Shown here piece after piece: positions 24,601-36,600 of a stretch of DNA of 64,000 bases. How positions within the stretch are numbered: the first letter of the stretch is position 1; each line of letters begins with the position of its first letter. Source of the stretch: Nemertoderma westbladi (taxonomy: Eukaryota; Animalia; Xenacoelomorpha); NCBI GenBank assembly GCA_032718475.1, contig JAUCBJ010000097.1, positions 1 through 64,000 on the forward strand. The letters are read 5' to 3'. Both the position numbers and the translations under genes were made by a program. Below the pieces are notes generated by a model. The model made no database searches, was not told where the DNA came from, and worked only from the letters and a program-made list of their open reading frames with translations.

Positions 24601-27600
24601 TAGTGGTTGTTCAACACCCATAGCAGCTATGCCAACCGATTGACTTTCCTTTGATGTTTTAAGTTTTTTCCTTACAGTTACGAACCTGAAAAGTTAATAC
24701 AAATATACTGTTATTAAAATCAACCGAACTTAAATACAGTATCGCATTTTCATTCATATATTCCAAAAATCCTATAATATAATCCAAAGATGCAATTCCA
24801 AAGATAGTACAATACTACCCCGTAGCCCCTACTGTTGTATAATGACTGCAAATACGAAATGTCTAAATATATATGTTATGTTGTAGGCCTATACAATTAA
24901 CTAAATATTCAACTTACCTATTATACAGTTTACCGCAAGCAACTTGTGTTTTATAGTCTTTACTGGTTGCGGAATCTTTAACTTTCACCGACTTTGTCAC
25001 CGTCTTTTTATAGAAATAGGTGTTTGCACGTTCGCTAGGAAATACCTTTGTAATATTAACGGCCCACTCTTGTAGTTGTTCGTGATTCAACCCAGCATCA
25101 TAACACGAAGAGACTATAAGCGAAACCAACGTGCTTCTATGAGCTTCCCCAAACGGCACCCCATTGCCACATCGTTTTAACAAATCACGGCCCTCTGCGG
25201 ACATCCGCAGTATATCAACAAGACCATCTTGGCAGATGCGCACCTTAGCAGTACTTGAATAAATTGGCACTGGTGGTTCAGGTATTCGTATTGGTGAACA
25301 AATATAGGACGACACAGTAGGAGAAATATCAGATTGCTCCATATTTGAATTTCCAGCACTTAGGCCTACATCAGGGGCAATCCCAGAAGCCGACTCTCCA
25401 TCTCCTTTGGCATGTTTGACTGGCGGACATCCACAATAAGTACAAGCTTGCGACTTACCCGTATCATCAGGCAAAAAGTATTCCGGACATTCACCTTCCT
25501 CACAATCCTTACAGTGAGTTCTCATAATACTATGAATATCCTTCATAATTAAATTAATAGAAAATATTACAGAAATACAAACACCATACGAGTATAAAAA
25601 GCCTAATATGCTGTATGTATTATTATATATTGTGTGGTTGTAATAATTATTGCCAGTCATAAGGTTGTATAAAAGTAAGATGCAGCCTATATCTGTATAT
25701 TAAATATATAGGCCTACCGGTATATATATATATATACCAGTATACCGGTACATATAATGGTACCGGTACTGATAGGCCCTTAAAATCGATGACGCAAAGC
25801 AACATAAAACTTTGAATGGCTAGAGTGGAGATGTAATGGCCATGTGGTAATGGCCATCTACAGTTAAGAACACTGGTCACTTTCTGGCTGAAGCTCAGCC
25901 AAAAATTATCCACATATTTACAGCCAGAAACTGTCCGTGCAGCCACTATTTGTCCTTCACAGGCTACGATTATATTTTCGGACATATTTTGGCTGTAACT
26001 TCACTAGTCCTCAAAGCAGAAGCTGGGCACATAAGGCATAAGGCTGTAAGGAAGGGGAAAATTTTTACTTTTAATATTAATGATGTTATCCCAACGATGA
26101 GATTCTAATTCTCAAATTAATTTATACAGAATTTTATGGCGGTTCTAATGGCATAATTTTTAGAATGCCAATGTTAAAATTTCACTGCCGGTTTTCAAAT
26201 GAAATTTAGCATTGTTTTCTATGGAGAAATTTCACTCTGAGAGCATTTTCCGCGGACACATTCTGGCTGTAAATTGGCAGATTGGACAAATTGTGACCAG
26301 TGTTCCTGACTGCTGGACTGGCCTACAGCAATGCAATACACAGCAGCACAGTACTGCAGTCTGCAGTACAGCGCCTGCGCCTACCGCTTGCCACCTGCCG
26401 CGCTCCCGGTAGCGGTAGGGTAGGCCCCTAGCCTAATTCTGTAATTTCATGAATTTTCGACATTAGTTCAGTAGGCAGTCATGGCAGTAGGCCAGGCAAC
26501 CAAGAACTGAGGAAGGCCTAGTTTGCATTAACTACAGCTACCCAGAAGTCAGTAACTGCATAACTACCGGCAGACCGGTACCGTACCGCTAGGCGCTAGA
26601 TCGGTAACCGGTACGGGTACAGTAGGACAGCCTACCGGCAGACCGGTCCGGTACGGTATGGAGGGAGAAGTATTACCGGTACCGGTACCAGTAAAGGTCA
26701 GAAATGGCATTACTGCCAGACTACACTCACACTGCAGCACTGTACTGCTGAACTGCTGTACTGCACTACCCTGTGTCCACCTGACAGCCTGACTTGACTG
26801 CATGGCTGGCTGCAGTGATACAGTGCCGGTACTGTATGCAAGTCTGCTTGTGTAGGTAACAAACCGCCAACATTTTCAAGATGATTTTCAACAAGATCCA
26901 GATGCCTAGATAAATATTGTCAAATTGACTTCATCTTGGTAATCTGATAAAATCCTTGAAACTTTTCCAAAGAAAATCTAGTAAAAAAGATCAAACAAGA
27001 TTTTCTTTGCAATTTTACAAAGAAGTTTTTTTAGAGTGTACGATTAAGCCGTCGAAGTCAATCTCCCGGGTATATCCAACGGGTGAATGATCGCGCACAG
27101 ATTGGTTTCAACTAGTGTAGTGAATCAAATACTTGTCAGAGGCTAAAGCGATTTATTATCTAGAAGACATCCTAATTTGGCGGGTTAAACTGCCAAAGGT
27201 CTGAAAGCGCGAACAACCTCCAATGTTAGTGTCTGGTATAGCTACTGTATGTTAGTTATTTATTTTACATACTAATGTTTATTGACTTTGTATAACAGAT
27301 TCCACGGCATCGAAGACCAAGAAAACTTCTTTACCGACGCCCAGCGACAACGAGTTGTTTACGAGGTGTTGCAGATAACGCCATACGGACATCGCAAGAA
27401 GGGCGAGATTGGTATAGAACGACTCATCGAGGAATGTGTGTATTCGGCGGCATTCCCACTACATGAGGTCAGTGAGGGTGGGTGGGTGTAAACAGTCGCA
27501 CTCAATGACGGTGTGTTTTATTTAATTTATAATTATAAAATAATGACACACATTGACCGCAATGATTGGATAAAGTGAATTCTCCAGCGGAAATAATGAT

Positions 27601-30600
27601 ATAAGAAATATGAAATAAAATTTTATTTAATATTTTTTTGGTTAGAAAACACCGTCACTGCATTGTGCTCATATCCTTTAAAGGGGGGGTGGGGGGGGGG
27701 GTTGGTTTTGGCTATAATTTGGAATATAACTACATGACATGTCAGAAAAAATTAATTTTTCGCTATTTAATTATTGTTAATGAAATTTTGTGAAAATAAT
27801 TCTGCACCGCTAGGTGGCGCTGCAAATTTATGCTAATTTTTAGGTTTGTTATAAATAGTATTAAATTTTATTAACAAAAAATTTCGAAAAGTTGTCTGAT
27901 ACTTTTATTCAGGGTGGCTATCTAGACACCCACAGAAAGTTTCAGACTAATTCCTCAAAAATTGTAGAAGTAGTTGAAGTTGACAATTTCATAAAAAAAA
28001 TATTTGGAGATAATCGACCTTTCATTATACATAGTAATAGTAATTTCAATAGGATTCCTTAAATGGAAATTGTTATTGGAAAAAATAAATTAAGTATTAC
28101 AACAACACTTATTTGTAAAAATTTGTTGCGGTTATTTTTAGCCATTCACTCAGAATTCCTGTGAAAAAGTGATCCAATGCTTAGATTCATTTCAGTTATC
28201 GTACGTACGTCCTGTAATATCTGTGATTGAAACTGTGTGACAGATATATTCCTATTTATATAGACCAACATATTATTCTAGAACAAAAGAGTTTACTATA
28301 TAAAATTACATTTAAATAGCAATATGATATCCCGCTGAAAGTGAATAAAAAACTTTTTTTTCTTTTTCAATTTTCTTTGTGTATTCGAGAATTAGTTAAT
28401 TAAAGAGTTGATAGTGATGTTAATGTAATACGTCTAGTTCTACAGTTAGTTTCCACATGGTTGCTATGGTAATCGGTGTCCAGGTTTCTCAATTATGTCG
28501 TGGTCAGTGTATGACTCATGAAGTTTGGTCAGTGACCTCTCCAAGTCCCGATACAGATCTATAATATAGCCATAAGTTTCCCCTTGCATTTTCGTAACCC
28601 GATTCGATTTTCTCGTCTGTTCAGTCCATTGTAGATCTTTATACACCTGGTTGCAATCACGTGATGTCATGTGATTCGAATGCCTCAAGGACATACTGTA
28701 TTTACTTCGGCGCAATCTTTATTCAATTTGTAAAATAACCAGTATTTTTGGGTTATTGTCCCTTCATTTTTTATTAATTCTAGCTATTTTAAAACTGTTT
28801 ATAACGTTAGCTGTTATTACAAAATTGATGGATAGATTTATTCCTCGCATTTATAAATGTATTATGTATTATTTAATTTTGTATTCTAGAAAAGTTTTCC
28901 TTTATTTTTCGTTAAAGGTGGTTTTCTAGAATGAATATATTTGTTATAGAACTTCTAGAAATGATAAAGATAAGAAATTTTAGCGGAATACGGACGTAGT
29001 GCACTTAAATACTGAAGGTACTACTGTGTTTTGGGAACACCCCCGCCAATATTAAATACTGAAGGCACTACTGTGTTTTGGGAACACCCCCGCCAATATT
29101 AAATACTGAAGGTACTACTGTGTTTTGGGAACACCCCCGCCAATATTAAATACTGAAGGTACTACTGTGTTTTGGGAACACCCCCGCCAATATTAAATAC
29201 TGAAGGTACTACTGTGTTTTGGGAACACCCCCGCCAATATTAAATACTGAAGGTACTACTGTGTTTTGGGAACACCCCCGCCAATATTAAATACTGAAGG
29301 TACTACTGTGTTTTGGGAACACCCCCGCCAATATTAAATACTGAAGGTACTACTGTGTTTTGGGAACACCCCCGCCAATATTAAATACTGAAGGTACTAC
29401 TGTGTTTTGGGAACACCCCCGCCAATATTAAATACTGAAGGTACTACTGTGTTTTGGGAACACCCCCGCCAATATTAAATACTGAAGGTACTACTGTGTT
29501 TTGGGAACACCCCCGCCAATATTAAATACTGAAGGTACTACTGTGTTTTGGGAACACCCCCGCCAATATTAAATACTGAAGGTACTACTGTGTTTTGGGA
29601 ACACCCCCGCCAATATTAAATACTGAAGGTACTACTGTGTTTTGGGAACACCCCCGCCAAAATTGTTATACTTAGTAGTTTATGTTACTTTGTTTTTAGA
29701 AAATGTTCTAGAACATATTTTATGTTAATTTTGTTATAAAGTATTGTTCTAGAACAAATAATTGTTCTAAAATTTTTTAGAAAATCAACATTGCTTTTTT
29801 GGTATATTTTTTAATGAATTGAGTTGAAAACCATTAATTTACAACAAATTATTATTTTAGCTAAATAATGATTTTTATTATTGTAGCTAGTATTTTATTA
29901 CAATCTAGTTTTACAATATTGTTAAATGTAATAAATTTGAAATTGTAAAAGTAAAATATATTTTAAAAATTATTCTAGACCAAACTAACTATATAATTGT
30001 TCTAGAATAAAATTGACTTTTATAATTTATATATATTTTTTTAGATTATATTTCATAATTTTTATATGATTTTAAAATTTAATTTGCATAATTGCTAACA
30101 TATGTTGTCGAACATTTTCAAATGAAACTTACAAAAACTGTAATTAATAATATTTTTACTACTGTAGCTAATAAAAACTACTATACCTAATAATTAAAAT
30201 CACAATAGTAACCGCAATGCGTACAATATAATTATTTATTACATGGGAAAAAAGTAGAACTTTTTTTCATTATTCTCGAGGCATTTTATTTACCGAGCGC
30301 CAGCGAGGTTAATAAAGGGTCGAGAGAATATTGAAAAAAAAATGTTCTAAGTTTTTTTCCCATTTAATACGTATTTGGTGCACGCCTTGCAGCCTTTGCA
30401 ATAACTTTTGTGTGTGTGACTAGATTTTGCTCAAATAACTTCCAAACCTTTTCTACGTCGTTGCACCTTGAACAAATGTAATACAATTTAAGAAATTTCA
30501 CCAAAAATATTTCATTTCGGGAAAATAATTAAAATAAATGAAATCCTATGGGCTGCTTGTTTTCCCTAGGGAAAAAAAGTGAAAAATTTTCTCCCGATTT

Positions 30601-33600
30601 TGGGGTATATTTGAGCCAAAAATAAACAATTTAAGAATAAAAGTCTTTATTGTCCGTACTTCTGCGGACAATAAAGGGGATATTTCGAAGAAATACATTT
30701 CTTTTTTAAATTTGTTAAAAAAAACAATTTTATGCCACCGATGATGTCTGATCTAATATCTTACACTTATTATATTTATTTATATGCTGTAATTACCTTT
30801 TCTCAACAAACTGTATATTATAATTCACCTTTATTTTAGGGAACTTATCAAATACCAAGGGAGGACGTAATAGATCCGAAGTATTGGAATTTAAGACAAA
30901 TTCTCTATAAATACTGGGCCTCTTGGCGCAACTGGTACAAATACCAACCCTTAGATCATATCAGGGAATACTTTGGGGAAAAAATCGCTATATATTTCGC
31001 CTGGCTGGGTTAGTTACATCTTAAAATCGGAAGTTATTGTTATCTAACTATTAATTACAAGGTCTGTGACGAAATGGAAAATTCTGAGAGAAACACACAG
31101 TTTGTCAGCTGTGAGTGACGGAGCCAACATTGTTGTTAATGCTGTGAGTGACGGAGCCAACATTGTTGTTAATGCTGCGAGTGACGGAGCCAACATTGTT
31201 ATTAATGCTGTGAGTGACGGAGCCAACATTGTTGTTAATGCTGTGAGTGACGGAGCCAACATTGTTGTTAATGCTGTGAGTGACGGAGCCAACATTGTTG
31301 TTAATGCTGCGAGTGACGGAGCCAACATTGTTATTAATGCTGTGAGTGACGGAGCCAACATTGTTGTTAATGCTGTGAGTGACGGAGCCAACATTGTTGT
31401 TAATGCTGTGAGTGACGGAGCCAACATTGTTGTTAATGCTGTGAGTGACGGAGCCAACATTGTTGTTAATGCTGTGAGTGACGGAGCCAACATTGTTGTT
31501 AATGCTGTGAGTGACGGAGCCAACATTGTTGTTAATGCTGTGAGTGACGGAGCCAACATTGTTATTAATGCTGTGAGTGACGGAGCCAACATTGTTGTTA
31601 ATGCTGTGAGTGACGGAGCCAACATTGTTGTTAATGCTGCGAGTGACGGAGCCAACATTGTTGTTAATGCTGTGAGTGACGGAGCCAACATTGTTGTTAA
31701 TGCTGCGAGTGACGGAGCCAACATTGTTGTTAATGCTGTGAGTGACGGAGCCAACATTGTTGTTAATGCTGTGAGTGACGGAGCCAACATTGTTGTTAAT
31801 GCTGTGAGTGACGGAGCCAACATTGTTGTTAATGCTGTGAGTGACGGAGCCAACATTGTTGTTAATGCTGCGAGTGACGGAGCCAACATTGTTCTTAATG
31901 CTGTGAGTGACGAAGCCAACATTGTTGTTAATGCTGCGAGTGACGGAGCCAACATTGTTGTTAATGCTGTGAGTGACGGAGCCAACATTGTTTTTAATGC
32001 TGCGAGTGACTTTAATGTTGCAGTCAACGCATTGAATCTACTGTATACTAATCAATTCAATCGGGCTCAATTAGTCAGTCAGTGATCAGATTGCTGCCAT
32101 CAATGCCGCCGATGAAATTGGAAATTCTGCGGAGACATAGCCGCCAGCTCATTTAACCTTCTCACTGGAAGAAAGGCCAACCAACTACCAAGGTAACTGC
32201 TGAACCTCCAGCTAACTTGATGGTTTGAAGGCTCATTTTAAGAAACTGTTATGATCGTTGACCGCCCTACTATGCATCCTAGTGTTTATGTATGTATTTA
32301 AGGTTGTTTGCTGTGTTTATCTAGGTACCTTTTCCGTCACTGCGACTTCTATTTCAGGGTTTTACACTGCCTGGCTTCTACCAGCCGCTTTAGTTGGCCT
32401 CGCCGTTTTCCTATGGGGGATGCTCACTGTATTCGACGACAAAGTATCGTTAGTAATTTATTATAATATTATAAAATGTTTCTTTGAAAACTTCGATAAA
32501 AGGATAAAACTTTATTTAATTTTAGTTATATATGTATATAATTATCGTATATAAAGAAAATATTTTAAGGGATTGAATGTGAGGCCGTACATTTTCACAA
32601 CTATTGAATATTAACCAAACGTTTTGGCTCATTAAAAGATTTTTAATTTTAGAATGTCTCTTCACTACCTTGGGAGATCTTCCATATATTGACAATATTT
32701 CCATCTTCTTTTCAAACGAAACAATTTATTTTATTGGTTTTCAGACAGGAGATATGCGACACGAACAATACCTACACGATGTGTCCCCAATGTGACGAGT
32801 GTTCTTACTGGAACTTGAGTGACACTTGTACCCAGGCCCAAGTCGCCTATCTGTTTGACCACGGGGGAACCGTTTTCTTCAGTATCTTTATGGCCTTCTG
32901 GTCTGTTATGTTCTTAGAATATTGGAAGCGGACCTGCGCTGCATTGAGTTACCGGTGGGATTGTTGGGAATATGAGGATGAAGAGGTTACTGGAATTAAT
33001 TACAATCAATAAGTTAATAATTAATTAAGATTTTTTTTTCAATAATGATATCTTATTATAGCATTAAGTATATTATATATATACGTGTGATATATTAATT
33101 ATTGTAGCCCGTGTAAAGAAGTTGCACTCTGTGCGTTAAATTATTAAGAAACCTGATAACATTGGAGTTGGTTGTTATTATAATTACCGATTCGTATTTA
33201 TCCGATGTAGGAAAAACCTCGGCCGGAATTCGCTGCATTGGCTCCTGTTATGGAGAGAAACCCGATAACCGGAATGAAAGAACCTGCCTTCCCCAAGAAG
33301 AGCAAGTTAATGAGAGTTATTACTGGGCTGTCTGTCATTGTAGTTATGGTTAGTAAGTTTATTATTCAAGTTAATAAAACTTACTAAGTACTACAGCTAC
33401 TACTAGGTCGAGCGAACTCGGACAGTGGAAATGAGATCCTTCCAGGCTTCCCGAGTCTCCAACTACTACTAGGTCGAGCGAACTCGGACAGTGGAAATGA
33501 GATCCTTCCAGGCTTCCCGATTCTCCATAGTTGTCGCAATTTCGTTTCTCCCAAGTTCAGTATCCCTTTCAAGTTGATCTATATATGTTATGGCAGGTCG

Positions 33601-36600
33601 TCCACGACTACGCTTTCCATGAGTTGGTTGCCAGAGAAGTAGATCTGGTATGACCTCGTCTTTACTTCGCCAGCAGTGCCCACTGAATCTCAATCTGCAA
33701 TAACGTGAATAGTGGTTTATACAGGTTGTATTATTGTACCATAAAGCCCGGCATTTCTCGTGTTTAGGGCTGCCCTTAGTCGTCTTGTGTAGCAACAATT
33801 ATAATATATATATTTTTTTTTAATGGTGGTAACTAATGTGGAACATTATTTTCGCTAATCGAGATTGTTCAATTACCGAGCGTAGCGAGGTTAATGAGGT
33901 TAGCGAGGTTAATAAAGAATCGAGAATTATTTTCACGTCATTATTTATAAAATAGTTTCATTTAGCAAATGGTAAATTATGCATAATGGTAAACACGAAA
34001 TGGTTAAATTTTGCTTATTCTATGATTTTATGATTCTAGAAAAATTTTTTAAAGTTGACTAATTTTATTAGAAATTATTTGTTATGTGTAATACATTGTT
34101 TAATTAGCTCAATTTTCAGGCTAGCTAGCGATTTTGCAAGATAGTTATTATTTTTTGAAAAATAAATTTAACCATTCGTTATAATTCGTTATATATAATT
34201 CGTTATAATCGTTATAGGCTATTATGTTTTTGATTAACCCCCAGACCCCCCCCCCCCCCCGCCTTAAAACAATTTAAAATATCAGTAACCGTGATTCTAA
34301 CACAAATAAACATTTAAAATTACAATTGTAAATTAATACTATCCTATTATATTGTCCTACTATAATCTGGTATATTAAATCTTTGTGAAACGGCTGGAAC
34401 TTTGTCGGTGTCCCCCATGGGAGATGAAAAGTAATCAGTTGTGTTTTAAGTTCTTAATAAGTTTTTTTGTACCTTTTGAGAGCCAGATTACAGCAAATTC
34501 CAGTCGCAACCACTATAAAGCCGGTAAATTACTTAATATAATTAATTGTATTTAAAAGCAAAGCCTTTATATAATGCTTTCTGGTATACTACTGACAAAC
34601 TATAGCAAAAAATCAATAAATACTAAATTACTCGATTCGAAACAAAGGAATTTATTCCTGTGATCAAGAAATAATACTACTACGATCGGCATGCTGCATT
34701 GCAGCTGCATTATATATATAGATATATATATATAATACAAAATTGTATAAATTTTAAAACTCAAATATAGATAAATTCAACCACAGTGTGCGTGATCCGG
34801 TCAATTTATAATAATAATAAATTGAAATAAATAATTTGCGAAATAAATTTATCTTTTTAAAAACAGCGGGATATTGGTCTCCTTATTATTTACTTCAAAA
34901 TTTATTATTATTATATATATTGCATATAAATTAAGAATGCTGTGCCGGAATGTCGACAAAATTGCGCCGCCACAACTCCCTATCACCCATGACATTTGCT
35001 AGATCATCCGCATCTTCAAGGCCAGTGTCCTTTAAGATGCGTCTCAAGAAAGTCATGGGCTGTCCACCATGCTTATTCACTCCATGAGGCTGCCAAAGTA
35101 CAAGATTATGCACTGCCTGGTCCTCACGGCGAAAGCAATGTCCTGCAAAGCGGAGGCGTCGTTGTTCTAGTGTCAAGCTTGGGGGAACCAATGAGTCACC
35201 TCCAATGTTATATAGTGTCTGGTTGGAGATGTGTGCATTGTACTTGACACAATGAACCCGGCGTAGCATTCTTGTGAATGTGCCATCCAGAGATTTGGTG
35301 TCCTCAGCAGTTAGAGCCCAGCATGGACTCTCGTAGAGGTGTACTGGAACTACTGCTGCTCTAAATAATCGGACCTTAAGTTTCCGATTAATTCTCGGTG
35401 ACTTCCAAATCCTGGAAAGCCTATTCAAGGCTGCCGATTCCTTTCCCTTACGTATTCGAAGGTCCTCACCTGACTTCCGGATCCATGATCCCAGGTAACA
35501 GAAGTCGTCCACATGCTCAAGCATACCATCCTTTGAGCTTATGCTCATCCGATCAGAGACTTGCTGAGGACTTTCAAAGTTAACTGTCAACATTTTGGTC
35601 TTTTTGGAGTTAATGAAAACACCAACACTAGAAGCAGCATGTTCTAATGAGCTGAGGAGCCGTTGGGCTCCCTCTAGTAATTCCATCAAGAGAAACTGGT
35701 ACTCCAAAACGTCGTTAAATAATAAAGTTTTTCGCCTTTAATTTCGATTTAGTATCAAATCATTTGAATTTGATTACTAGATAGATTGCCATATATTTTT
35801 CCTATGATATTACATTGTCTATGGAATATTAAATATATATTAAGATAATTGTGATTGGCTTCGACTTGCACAATTTATAATCTATAAAAATATATATATT
35901 CTATATTTTATATTTATATTTCGTTATATTACATTTTTCAATAAATATATATAACACTCAAAGTAACGTAAAAAATAGCTACTTCTGCAAATTCTGGAAA
36001 AAAATTAATAAATTATATTATTATTATTTATATTATTTTTTTATATTTTTATTTATTTTTAATATTATATTTTATTTATTTTTAATATTATATTTTATTT
36101 ATTATATATATTTATTTAAATTAATAAAATATATTTAACTTTATTTCAGATGGCAATTGTTGTAATTTTCCTCATCGGAGTGGTTCTGTATCGAGCCCTT
36201 ATAATGATTCCTTTGTTCCAATCTAAGAACCAGGTTCTACGACACCAGGCCCAGAATATATCCAACCTCACTGGAGCCGTGGTACAACTTATACTTATAT
36301 TGATATTTAGTGTCGTTTATCAGAAGGTTGCTCTTAGACTAACTCAATGGGGTAAGTTGACTTTAATCGAACTATTTACACTTTTTATTATAATTTTAGT
36401 TGTTTAAACAATTAATTAATTCCTCACGAATTAAATATCAGGTTATACAGATACTAATGATTTCTTTGTTGTTAGTGTAGTTCTTATTGCATGTACGTAC
36501 AGTGTGTGTACGTGTAGTTCTTATTGCATGTACGTACAGTGTGTGTACGTGTAGTTCTTATTGCATGTACGTACAGTGTGTGTACGTGTATTTCTTATTG

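Larger units (their letters stand above)
22307..27038 (-). mobile_element. CACT-terminated (CMC/EnSpm-like) DNA transposon, 4.7 kb, no transposase seen
   Basis: TIR CACTCTAAAAAA / TTTTTTAGAGTG; 2-bp TSD TA, confirmed by the empty site in the 5' LTR; subterminal inverted repeat caagataatcatgccaa / ttggcatgattatcttg. Confidence 0.88.
10366..27215 (+). mobile_element. BEL/Pao LTR retrotransposon 1: complete ends, internally deleted (no RT, RNase H or integrase core)
   Basis: TG...CA LTRs at 10366-11554 and 21293-27215 (interrupted); 5-bp TSD ACCTC (10361-10365 and 27216-27220); PPT-like gggagcgg before 21293; BEL-type triple zinc knuckle. Confidence 0.95.
21293..27215 (+). repeat. 3' LTR of BEL element 1, split into 21293-22306 and 27041-27215 by a DNA transposon
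   Basis: Matches the 5' LTR on both sides of gcaata|cgattaag. Confidence 0.95.

Noticed and set aside
28464-28715. 83-aa minus-strand ORF as a nested gene
   Set aside because: Non-ATG start, no recognisable domain and no partner exons found.
29005-29660. CRISPR-like array (also considered for the 33-, 36- and 37-bp arrays)
   Set aside because: Units are head to tail with no unique spacers, there are no cas genes, and the context is a eukaryotic intron.
31044-32085. 327-aa and 339-aa repetitive ORFs on both strands
   Set aside because: By-product of a stop-free 33-bp unit (multiple of 3) inside an intron whose flanking exons join without it.
32090-32215. Possible CRE/NeSL-type retroelement remnant (GSWLAFLP on the minus strand)
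   Set aside because: A single short motif is not enough to call it.
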